DNA of 64,000 nucleotides from Auanema rhodensis. Lineage: Eukaryota > Animalia > Nematoda. The notes under the pieces are model-generated. The model made no database searches and was not told the origin of the DNA. It saw only the letters and a list, made by a program, of their open reading frames with translations. Location: NCBI GenBank assembly GCA_964057225.1, contig OZ059897.1, forward strand, positions 2,046,001 to 2,110,000, read 5' to 3'. Shown here piece after piece: positions 52,201 to 64,000 of this stretch. The position numbers and the translations under genes were made by a program. The first letter of the stretch is position 1, and each line of letters starts with the position of its first letter.

Positions 52201-54535
52201 TCTACTTTTTGTGAAATTATTTAGAAATTTTTCGGGAAAATTTTTGTCAAAATGTTTTTGGAAGCAATGTTGAGTGTACATGGGAACTCAACATACACTA
52301 ATGCATTATTTTTCAAACGATCATAACTAATTTCTGTAAATAGCGTTTCTCAATGTAGTATAGTGCATTCGATGCGGATTTTTAAGCTGCGTCGATCTGT
52401 GTTATCAGATTTGAGTTAGCTTAAAAATGCACCGAGATATCAACTGATATATGTTCACACTTATATCCTCGATTTTCACCCTGAAGAAATAGTTTTTTCG
52501 TTGAAAAACATTGTCCATCGTCTTTGCCTTGAAAAAAGGAATCTAAAAACATCTACTTTTTGTGAAATTATTTAGAAATTTTCCGGGAAAATTTTTGTCA
52601 AAATGTTTTTGGAAGCAATGTTGAGTGTACATGGGAACTCAACATACACTAATGCATTATTTTTCAAACGATCATAACTTATTTTTGTATAGAGCGTTTC
52701 TCAATGTAGTATAGTGCATTCGATGCGGATTTTTAAGCTGCGTTGATCTGTGTTATCAGATTTGAGTTAACTTAAAAATGCACCGAGATATCAACTGATA
52801 TATGTTCACACTTATATCCTCGACTTTCACCCTGAAGAAATGATTTTTTCGTTGAATAACATTGTCCATCGTCTTCGTCTTGAAAAAAGGAATCTAAAAA
52901 CATCTACTTTTTGTGAAATTATTTAGAAATTTTTCGGGAAAATTTTTGTCAAAATGTTTTTGGAAGCAATGTTGAGTGTACATGGGAACTCAACATACAC
53001 TAATGCATTATTTTTCAAACGATCATAACTAATTTTTGTATAGAGCGTTTCTCAATGTAGTATAGTGCATTCGATGCGGATTTTTAAGCTGCGTTGATCT
53101 GTGTTATCAGATTTGAGTTAACTTAAAAATGCACCGAGATATCAACTGATATATGTTCACACTTATATCCTCGATTTTCACCCTGAAGAAATGATTTTTT
53201 CGTTGAATAACATTGTCCATCGTCTTCGTCTTGAAAAAAGGAATCTAAAAACATCTACTTTTTGTGAAATTATCTAGAAATTTTTCGGGAAAATTTTTGT
53301 CAAAATGTTTTTGGAAGCAATGTTGAGTGTACATGGGAACTCAACATACACTAATGCATTATTTTTCAAACGATCATAACTAATTTTTGTATAGAGCGTT
53401 TCTCAATGTAGTATAGTGCATTCGATGCGGATTTTTAAGCTGCGTTGATCTGTGTTATCAGATTTGAGTTAACTTAAAAATGCACCGAGATATCAACTGA
53501 TATAGGTTCACACTTATATCCTCGATTTTCACCCTGAAGAAGTAGTTTTTTCGTTGAAAAACATTGTCCATCGTCTTCGTCATGAAAAAAGGAATCTAAA
53601 AACATCTACTTTTTAAGAAATTATATAGAAATTTTTCGGGAAAATTTTTGTCAAAATGTTTTTGGAAGCAATGTTGAGTGTACATGGGAACTCAACATAC
53701 ACTAATGCATTATTTTTCAAACAATCATAACTTATTTTTGTATAGAGCGTTTCTCAATGTAGTATAGTGCATTCGATGCGGATTTTTAAGCTGCGTCGAT
53801 CTGTGTTATCAGATTTGAGTTAGCTTAAAAATGCACCGAGATATCAACTGATATATGTTCACACTTATATCCTCGATTTTCACCCTGAAGAAATGATTTT
53901 TTCGTTGAATAACATTGTCCATCGTCTTCGTCTTGAAAAAAGGAATCTAAAAACATCTACTTTTTGTGAAATTATTTAGAAATTTTTCGGGAAAATTTTT
54001 GTCAAAATGTTTTTGGAAGCAATGTTGAGTGTACATGGGAACTCAACATACACTAATGCATTATTTTTCAAACGATCATAACTAATTTTTGTAAATAGCG
54101 TTTCTCAAGGTAGTATAGTGCATTCGATGCGGATTTTTAAGCTGCGTCGATCTGTGTTATCAGATTTGAGTTAGCTTAAAAATGCACCGAGATATCAACT
54201 GATATATGTTCACACTTATATCCTCGATTTTCAAACTGAAGAATTGATTTTTTTGTTGAATAACATTGTCCATCGTCTTCGTCTTGAAAAAAGGAATCTA
54301 AAAACATCTACTTTTTGTGAAATTATCTAGAAATTTTTCGGGAAAATTTTTGTCAAAATGTTTTTGGAAGCAATGTTGAGTGTACATGGGAACTCAACAT
54401 ACACTAATGCATTATTTTTCAAACGATCATAACTATTTTCTGTAAATAGCGTTTCTCAATGTAGTATAGTGCATTCGATGCGGATTTTTAAGTTGCGTTG
54501 ATCTGTGTTATCAGATTTGAGTTAGCTTTAAAATG

Positions 54536-54689
54536 CACCGAGATATCAACTGATTTATGTTCACACTTATATCCTCGATTTTCACACTATTTTCTGTAAA
54601 TAGCGTTTCTCAATGTAGTATAGTGCATTCGATGCGGATTTTTAAGCTGCGTTGATCTGTGTTATCAGATTTGAGTTAACTTAAAAATG
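54536..54689. repeat. Second copy of the 154-bp truncated monomer
   Basis: Identical junction at 54585/54586. Confidence 0.95.
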
Positions 54690-57600
54690 CACCGAGATAT
54701 CAACTGATATAGGTTCACACTTATATCCTCGATTTTCACCCTGAAGAAATAATTTTTTCGTTGAAAAACATTGTCCATCGTCTTCGTCATGAAAAAAGGA
54801 ATCTAAAAACATCTACTTTTTGTGAAATTATTTAGAAATTTTTCGGGAAAATTTTTGTCAAAATGTTTTTGGAAGCAATGTTGAGTGTACATGGGAACTC
54901 AGCATACACTAATGCATTATTTTTCAAACGATAATAACTAATTTTTGTATAGAGCGTTTCTTAATGTAGTATAGTGCATTCGATGCGGATTTTTAAGTTG
55001 CGTTGATCTGTGTTATCAGATTTGAGTTAGCTTAAAAATGCACCGAGATATCAACTGATTTATGTTCACACTTATATCCTCGATTTTCACCCTGAAGAAA
55101 TGATTTTTTCGTTGAATAACATTGTCCATCATCTTCGTCTTGAAAAAAGGAATCTAAAAACATCTACTTTTTGTGAAATTATTTAGAAATTTTTCGGGAA
55201 AATTTTTGTCAAAATGTTTTTGGAAGCAATGTTGAGTGTACATGGGAACTCAACATACACTAATGCATTATTTTTCAAACGATCATAACTAATTTTTGTA
55301 AATAGCGTTTCTCAAGGTAGTATAGTGCATTCGATGCGGATTTTTAAGCTGCGTCGATCTGTGTTATCAGATTTGAGTTAGCTTAAAAATGCACCGAGAT
55401 ATCAACTGATATATGTTCACACTTATATCCTCGATTTTCACCCTGAAGAAATAGTTTTTTCGTTGAAAAACATTGTCCATCGTCTTTGCCTTGAAAAAAG
55501 GAATCTAAAAACATCTACTTTTTGTGAAATTATTTAGAAATTTTTCGGGAAAATTTTTGTCAAAATGTTTTTGGAAGCAATGTTGAGTGTACATGGGAAC
55601 TCAACATACACTAATGCATTATTTTTCAAACGATCATAACTTATTTTTGTATAGAGCGTTTCTCAATGTAGTATAGTGCATTCGATGCGGATTTTTAAGC
55701 TGCGTCGATCTGTGTTATCAGATTTGAGTTAGCTTAAAAATGCACCGAGTTATCAACTGATATATGTTCACACTTATATCCTCGACTTTCACCCTGAAGA
55801 AATGATTTTTTCGTTGAATAACATTGTCCATCGTCTTCGTCTTAAAAAAAGGAATCTAAAAACATCTACTTTTTGTGAAATTATTTAGAAATTTTTCGGG
55901 AAAATTTTTGTCAAAATGTTTTTGGAAGCAATGTTGAGTGTACATGGGAACTCAACATACACTAATGCATTATTTTTCAAACGATCATAACTAATTTTTG
56001 TATAGAGCGTTTCTCAATGTAGTATAGTGCATTCGATGCGGATTTTTAAGCTGCGTTGATCTGTGTTATCAGATTTGAGTTAACTTAAAAATGCACCGAG
56101 ATATCAACTGATGTAGGTTCACACTTATATCCTCGATTTTCACCCTGAAGAAGTAGTTTTTTCGTTGAAAAACATTGTCCATCGTCTTCGTCATGAAAAA
56201 AGGAATCTAAAAACATCTACTTTTTAAGAAATTATATAGAAATTTTTCGGGAAAATTTTTGTCAAAATGTTTTTGGAAGCAATGTTGAGTGTACATGGGA
56301 ACTCAACATACACTAATGCATTATTTTTCAAACGATCATAACTTATTTTTGTATAGAGCGTTTCTCAATGTAGTATAGTGCATTCGATGCGGATTTTTAA
56401 GCTGCGTCGATCTGTGTTATCAGATTTGAGTTAGCTTAAAAATGCACCGAGATATCAACTGATATATGTTCACACTTATATCCTCGATTTTCAAACTGAA
56501 GAATTGATTTTTTTGTTGAATAACATTGTCCATCGTCTTCGTCTTGAAAAAAGGAATCTAAAAACATCTACTTTTTGTGAAATTATCTAGAAATTTTTCG
56601 GGAAAATTTTTGTCAAAATGTTTTTGGAAGCAATGTTGAGTGTACATGGGAACTCAACATACACTAATGCATTATTTTTCAAACGATCATAACTATTTTC
56701 TGTAAATAGCGTTTCTCAATGTAGTATAGTGCATTCGATGCGGATTTTTAAGTTGCGTTGATCTGTGTTATCAGATTTGAGTTAGCTTAAAAATGCACCG
56801 AGATATCAACTGATTTATGTTCACACTTATATCCTCGATTTTCACCCTGAAGAAATGATTTTTTCGTTGAATAACATTGTCCATCATCTTCGTCTTGAAA
56901 AAAGGAATCTAAAAACATCTACTTTTTGTGAAATTATTTAGAAATTTTTCGGTAAAATTTTTGTCAAAATGTTTTTGGAAGCAATGTTGAGTGTACATGG
57001 GAACTCAACATACACTAATGCATTATTTTTCAAACGATCATAACTATTTTCTGTAAATAGCGTTTCTCAATGTAGTATAGTGCATTCGATGCGGATTTTT
57101 AAGTTGCGTTGATCTGTGTTATCAGATTTGAGTTAGCTTAAAAATGCACCGAGATATCAACTGATTTATGTTCACACTTATATCCTCGATTTTCACCCTG
57201 AAGAAATGATTTTTTCGTTGAATAACATTGTCCATCATCTTCGTCTTGAAAAAAGGAATCTAAAAACATCTACTTTTTGTGAAATTATTTAGAAATTTTT
57301 CGGTAAAATTTTTGTCAAAATGTTTTTGGAAGCAATGTTGAGTGTACATGGGAACTCAACATACACTAATGCATTATTTTTCAAACGATCATAACTAATT
57401 TTTGTAAATAGCGTTTCTCAAGGTAGTATAGTGCATTCGATTGCGGATTTTTAAGCTGCGTCGATCTGTGTTATCAGATTTGAGTTAGCTTAAAAATGCA
57501 CCGAGATATCAACTGATATATGTTCACACTTATATCCTCGATTTTCACCCTGAAGAAATGATTTTTTCGTTGAATAACATTGTCCATCGTCTTCGTCTTG

Positions 57601-58551
57601 AAAAAAGGAATCTAAAAACATCTACTTTTTGTGAAATTATTCAGAAATTTTTCGGGAAAATTTTTGTCAAAATGTTTTTGGAAGCAATGTTGAGTGTACA
57701 TGGGAACTCAACATACACTAATGCATTATTTTTCAAACGATCATAACTAATTTCTGTAAATAGCGTTTCTCAATGTAGTATAGTGCATTCGATGCGGATT
57801 TTTAAGCTGCGTCGATCTGTGTTATCAGATTTGAGTTAGCTTAAAAATGCACCGAGATATCAACTGATATATGTTCACACTTATATCCTCGACTTTCACC
57901 CTGAAGAAATAGTTTTTTCGTTGAAAAACATTGTCCATCGTCTTTGCCTTGAAAAAAGGAATCTAAAAACATCTACTTTTTGTGAAATTATTTAGAAATT
58001 TTTCGGGAAAATTTTTGTCAAAATGTTTTTGGAAGCAATGTTGAGTGTACATGGGAACTCAACATACACTAATGCATTATTTTTCAAACGATCATAACTT
58101 ATTTTTGTATAGAGCGTTTCTCAATGTAGTATAGTGCATTCGATGCGGATTTTTAAGCTGCGTCGATCTGTGTTATCAGATTTGAGTTAGCTTAAAAATG
58201 CACCGAGATATCAACTGATATATGTTCACACTTATATCCTCGACTTTCACCCTGAAGAAATGATTTTTTCGTTGAATAACATTGTCCATCGTCTTCGTCT
58301 TGGAAAAAGGAATCTAAAAACATCTACTTTTTGTGAAATTATTTAGAAATTTTTCGGGAAAATTTTTGTCAAAATGTTTTTGGAAGCAATGTTGAGTGTA
58401 CATGGGAACTCAACATACACTAATGCATTATTTTTCAAACGATCATAACTTATTTTTGTATAGAGCGTTTCTCAATGTAGTATAGTGCATTCGATGCGGA
58501 TTTTTAAGCTGCGTCGATCTGTGTTATCAGATTTGAGTTAGCTTAAAAATG

Positions 58552-61500
58552 CACCGAGATATCAACTGATATATGTTCACACTTATATCCTCGATTTTCA
58601 CCCTGAAGAAATGATTTTTTCGTTGAATAACATTGTCCATCGTCTCTGTGTTGAAAAAAGGAATCTAAAAACATCTACTTTTTGTGAAATTATTTAGAAA
58701 TTTTTCGGGAAAATTTTTATCAAAATGTTTTTGGAAGCAATGTTGAGTGTAAATGGGAACTCAACATACACTAATGCATTATTTTTCAAACGATCATAAC
58801 TAATTTTTGTATAGAGCGTTTCTCAATGTAGTATAGTGCATTCGATGCGGATTTTCAAGCTGCGTTGATCTGTGTTATCAGATTTGAGTTAACTTAAAAA
58901 TGCACCGAGATATCAACTGATATAGGTTCACACTTATATCCTCGATTTTCACCCTGAAGAAGTAGTTTTTTCGTTGAAAAACATTGTCCATCGTCTTCGT
59001 CATGAAAAAAGGAATCTAAAAACATCTACTTTTTAAGAAATTATATAGAAATTTTTCGGGAAAATTTTTGTCAAAATGTTTTTGGAAGCAATGTTGAGTG
59101 TACATGGGAACTCAACATACACTAATGCATTATTTTTCAAACGATCATAACTTATTTTTGTATAGAGCGTTTCTCAATGTAGTATAGTGCATTCGATGCG
59201 GATTTTTAAGCTGCGTCGATCTGTGTTATCAGATTTGAGTTAGCTTAAAAATGCACCGAGATATCAACTGATATATGTTCACACTTATATCCTCGATTTT
59301 CACCCTGAAGAAATGATTTTTTCGTTGAATAACATTGTCCATCGTCTTCGTCTTGAAAAAAAGAATCTAAAAACATCTACTTTTTGTGAAATTATTTAGA
59401 AATTTTTCGGGAAAATTTTTGTCAAAATGTTTTTGGAAGCAATGTTGAGTGTACATGGGAACTCAACATACACTAATGCATTATTTTTCAAACGATCATA
59501 ACTAATTTTTGTAAATAGCGTTTCTCAAGGTAGTATAGTGTATTCGATGCGGATTTTTAAGCTGCGTCGATCTGTGTTATCAGATTTGAGTTAGCTTAAA
59601 AATGCACCGAGATATCAACTGATATATGTTCACACTTATATCCTCGACTTTCACCCTGAAGAAATGATTTTTTCGTTGAATAACATTGTCCATCGTCTTC
59701 GTCTTAAAAAAGGAATCTAAAAACATCTACTTTTTGTGAAATTATTTAGAAATTTTTCGGGAAAATTTTTGTCAAAATGTTTTTGGAAGCAATGTTGAGT
59801 GTACATGGGAACTCAACATACACTAATGCATTATTTTTCAAACGATCATAACTAATTTTTGTATAGAGCGTTTCTCAATGTAGTATAGTGCATTCGATGC
59901 GGATTTTTAAGCTGCGTTGATCTGTGTTATCAGATTTGAGTTAACTTAAAAATGCACCGAGATATCAACTGATATAGGTTCACACTTATATCCTCGATTT
60001 TCACCCTGAAGAAGTAGTTTTTTCGTTGAAAAACATTGTCCATCGTCTTCGTCATGAAAAAAGGAATCTAAAAACATCTACTTTTTAAGAAATTATATAG
60101 AAATTTTTCGGGAAAATTTTTGTCAAAATGTTTTTGGAAGCAATGTTGAGTGTACATGGGAACTCAACATACACTAATGCATTATTTTTCAAACGATCAT
60201 AACTTATTTTTGTATAGAGCGTTTCTCAATGTAGTATAGTGCATTCGATGCGGATTTTCAAGCTGCGTTGATCTGTGTTATCAGATTTGAGTTAACTTAA
60301 AAATGCACCGAGATATCAACTGATATAGGTTCACACTTATATCCTCGATTTTCACCCTGAAGAAATGATTTTTTCGTTGAATAACATTGTCCATCGTCTC
60401 TGTCTTGAAAAAAGGAATCTAAAAACATCTACTTTTTGTGAAATTATTTAGAAATTTTTCGGGAAAATTTTTATCAAAATGTTTTTGGAAGCAATGTTGA
60501 GTGTAAATGGGAACTCAACATACACTAATGCATTATTTTTCAAACGATCATAACTAATTTTTGTATAGAGCGTTTCTCAATGTAGTATAGTGCATTCGAT
60601 GCGGATTTTCAAGCTGCGTTGATCTGTGTTATCAGATTTGAGTTAACTTAAAAATGCACCGAGATATCAACTGATATAGGTTCACACTTATATCCTCGAT
60701 TTTCACCCTGAAGAAGTAGTTTTTTCGTTGAAAAACATTGTCCATCGTCTTCGTCATGAAAAAAGGAATCTAAAAACATCTACTTTTTAAGAAATTATAT
60801 AGAAATTTTTCGGGAAAATTTTTGTCAAAATGTTTTTGGAAGCAATGTTGAGTGTACATGGGAACTCAACATACACTAATGCATTATTTTTCAAACGATC
60901 ATAACTTATTTTTGTATAGAGCGTTTCTCAATGTAGTATAGTGCATTCGATGCGGATTTTTAAGCTGCGTCGATCTGTGTTATCAGATTTGAGTTAGCTT
61001 AAAAATGCACCGAGATATCAACTGATATATGTTCACACTTATATCCTCGATTTTCACCCTGAAGAAATGATTTTTTCGTTGAATAACATTGTCCATCGTC
61101 TTCGTCTTGAAAAAAAGAATCTAAAAACATCTACTTTTTGTGAAATTATTTAGAAATTTTTCGGGAAAATTTTTGTCAAAATGTTTTTGGAAGCAATGTT
61201 GAGTGTACATGGGAACTCAACATACACTAATGCATTATTTTTCAAACGATCATAACTAATTTTTGTAAATAGCGTTTCTCAAGGTAGTATAGTGTATTCG
61301 ATGCGGATTTTTAAGCTGCGTCGATCTGTGTTATCAGATTTGAGTTAGCTTAAAAATGCACCGAGATATCAACTGATATATGTTCACACTTATATCCTCG
61401 ACTTTCACCCTGAAGAAATGATTTTTTCGTTGAATAACATTGTCCATCGTCTTCGTCTTAAAAAAGGAATCTAAAAACATCTACTTTTTGTGAAATTATT

Positions 61501-61610
61501 TAGAAATTTTTCGGGAAAATTTTTGTCAAAATGTTTTTGGAAGCAATGTTGAGTGTACATGGGAACTCAACATACACTAATGCATTATTTTTCAAACGAT
61601 CATAACTTAT
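58552..61610. repeat. 5-monomer (1754-bp) tandem duplication, about 1.7 copies
   Basis: TCTCTGT, TTTATCAAA, GTGTAAATGG, AAAAAGAATC, GTGTATTCG and a 1-bp deletion recur 1754 bp apart (58552/60306). Confidence 0.88.
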
Positions 61611-61708
61611 TTTTGTATAGAGCGTTTCTCAATGTAGTATAGTGCATTCGATGCGGATTTTTAAGCTGCGTCGATCTGTGTTATCAGATTTGAGTTAGCT
61701 TAAAAATG

Positions 61709-64000
61709 CACCGAGATATCAACTGATATATGTTCACACTTATATCCTCGATTTTCACCCTGAAGAAATGATTTTTTCGTTGAATAACATTGTCCATCGT
61801 CTTCGTCTTGAAAAAAGGAATCTAAAAACATCTACTTTTTGTGAAATTATTTAGAAATTTTTCGGGAAAATTTTTGTCAAAATGTTTTTGGAAGCAATGT
61901 TGAGTGTACATGGGAACTCAACATACACTAATGCATTATTTTTCAAACGATCATAACTAATTTTTCTAAATAGCGTTTCTCGATGTAGTATTGTGCATTC
62001 GATGCGGATTTTTAAGCTGCGTTGATCTGTGTTATCAGATTTGAGTTAACTTAAAAATGCACCGAGATATCAACTGATATAGGTTCACACTTATATCCTC
62101 GATTTTCAAACTGAAGAATTGATTTTTTTGTTGAATAACATTGTCCATCGTCTTCGTCTTGAAAAAAGGAATCTAAAAACATCTACTTTTTGTGAAATTA
62201 TCTAGAAATTTTTCGGGAAAATTTTTGTCAAAATGTTTTTGGAAGCAATGTTGAGTGTACATGGGAACTCAACATACACTAATGCATTATTTTTCAAACG
62301 ATCATAACTATTTTCTGTAAATAGCGTTTCTCAATGTAGTATAGTGCATTCGATGCGGATTTTTAAGTTGCGTTGATCTGTGTTATCAGATTTGAGTTAG
62401 CTTAAAAATGCACCGAGATATCAACTGATTTATGTTCACACTTATATCCTCGATTTTCACCCTGAAGAAATGATTTTTTCGTTGAATAACATTGTCCATC
62501 ATCTTCGTCTTGAAAAAAGGAATCTAAAAACATCTACTTTTTGTGAAATTATTTAGAAATTTTTCGGGAAAATTTTTGTCAAAATGTTTTTGGAAGCAAT
62601 GTTGAGTGTACATGGGAACTCAACATACACTAATGCATTATTTTTCAAACGATCATAACTTATTTTTGTATAGAGCGTTTCTCAATGTAGTATAGTGCAT
62701 TCGATGCGGATTTTTAAGCTGCGTCGATCTGTGTTATCAGATTTGAGTTAGCTTAAAAATGCACCGAGATATCAACTGATATATGTTCACACTTATATCC
62801 TCGATTTTCACCCTGAAGAAATGAATTTTTCGTTGAATAACATTGTCCATCGTCTTCGTCTTGAAAAAAGGAATCTAAAAACATCTACTTTTTGTGAAAT
62901 TATTTAGAAATTTTTCGGGAAAATTTTTGTCAAAATGTTTTTGGAAGCAATGTTGAGTGTACATGGGAACTCAACATACACTAATGCATTATTTTTCAAA
63001 CGATCATAACTAATTTTTGTAAATAGCGTTTCTCAAGGTAGTATAGTGCATTCGATGCGGATTTTTAAGCTGCGTCGATCTGTGTTATCAGATTTGAGTT
63101 AGCTTAAAAATGCACCGAGATATCAACTGATATATGTTCACACTTATATCCTCGACTTTCACCTTGAAGAAATGATTTTTTCGTTGAATAACATTGTCCA
63201 TCGTCTTCGTCTTGAAAAAAGGAATCTAAAAACATCTACTTTTTGTGAAATTATTTAGAAATTTTTCGGGAAAATTTTTGTCAAAATGTTTTTGGAAGCA
63301 ATGTTGAGTGTACATGGGAACTCAACATACACTAATGCATTATTTTTCAAACGATCATTACTAATTTTTCTAAATAGCGTTTCTCGATGTAGTATTGTGC
63401 ATTCGATGCGGATTTTTAAGCTGCGTTGATCTGTGTTATCAGATTTGAGTTAACTTAAAAATGCACCGAGATATCAACTGATATAGGTTCACACTTATAT
63501 CCTCGATTTTCAAACTGAAGAATTGATTTTTTTGTTGAATAACATTGTCCATCGTCTTCGTCTTGAAAAAAGGAATCTAAAAACATCTACTTTTTGTGAA
63601 ATTATCTAGAAATTTTTCGGGAAAATTTTTGTCAAAATGTTTTTGGAAGCAATGTTGAGTGTACATGGGAACTCAACATACACTAATGCATTATTTTTCA
63701 AACGATCATAACTATTTTCTGTAAATAGCGTTTCTCAATGTAGTATAGTGCATTCGATGCGGATTTTTAAGTTGCGTTGATCTGTGTTATCAGATTTGAG
63801 TTAGCTTAAAAATGCACCGAGATATCAACTGATTTATGTTCACACTTATATCCTCGATTTTCACCCTGAAGAAATGATTTTTTCGTTGAATAACATTGTC
63901 CATCATCTTCGTCTTGAAAAAAGGAATCTAAAAACATCTACTTTTTGTGAAATTATTTAGAAATTTTTCGGGAAAATTTTTGTCAAAATGTTTTTGGAAG
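61709..64000. repeat. 4-monomer (1404-bp) duplication running off the window
   Basis: TTTCTAAA..TCTCGATG..GTATTGTG followed by a TCAAACTG monomer and a GATTTATG monomer, at 61709 and 63113. Confidence 0.8.

Larger units (their letters stand above)
46308..57498. repeat. 16-monomer (5420-bp) tandem duplication; the second copy has one extra monomer
   Basis: The 154-bp monomers (49116/54536), TTTTCCGGG (47163/52583), AAACAATC, CCGAGTTATC and CGGTAAAA all recur 5420 bp apart. The +1 T (51671/57441) and ATTATTCAGA recur about 5771 bp apart (5420+351). Confidence 0.93.
1..64000. repeat. Tandem satellite DNA array, 351-bp monomer, 184 full copies plus one partial, single orientation
   Basis: CACCGAGATATCAACTG recurs at 1, 352, 703, 1054 and so on. 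Length bookkeeping closes exactly: 184x351 - 18x21 - 2x197 + 4 - 2 = 63814, and the last partial unit starts at 63815. Copies differ by only a few substitutions. Consensus GC is about 112/351. Confidence 0.99.

Noticed and set aside
51787-57746. 62-aa plus-strand ORFs (51787-51975, 57558-57746)
   Set aside because: Caused by T144C (TAG to CAG). The same change at 34600/37366 lies in monomers with ATA in place of the ATG, so it is chance read-through.
1-64000. Giant repeat protein gene (351 and 330 are multiples of 3)
   Set aside because: The ORF track shows nothing longer than 75 aa, and the 154-bp units and 1-bp indels shift frame.
1-64000. CRISPR array or cassette array with hairpin repeats
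   Set aside because: There are no unique spacers or cargo; the whole unit is repeated, and there are no cas or integrase genes.
1-64000. Rolling-circle or sequencing concatemer artefact
   Set aside because: Variants are shared in nested, position-dependent patterns rather than random or strictly periodic ones. Individual near-identical duplications still need read validation.

Overview
The whole 64 kb window is one uninterrupted head-to-tail tandem array of an AT-rich (~32% GC) 351-bp satellite monomer, all in the same orientation. By my count there are 184 complete units plus a 186-bp partial, and the array runs off both ends. I see no credible genes, RNA genes, CRISPR spacers or transposon insertions. 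The six ORFs are stop-loss point variants of the satellite. The information lies in the pattern of variation. Eighteen monomers carry the same 21-bp deletion (330 bp), two are 154-bp out-of-register junction monomers, and six have 1-bp indels. Shared variants define nested local higher-order repeats (2-, 3-, 4-, 5-, 8-, 9-, 12- and 16-mers). Two variant domains (about 1-41.7 kb and 46.3-64 kb) are separated by a zone rich in singleton variants. The monomer contains several dyad symmetries, and some variants appear to act on them: palindrome-perfecting changes and mirror-image changes in the two arms. This looks like eukaryotic (peri)centromeric or heterochromatic satellite, possibly invertebrate, but I do not recognise the family or organism. 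I found no new gene system. Monomer positions (pos) count from CACCGAGATA = 1, and all counts were made by eye.
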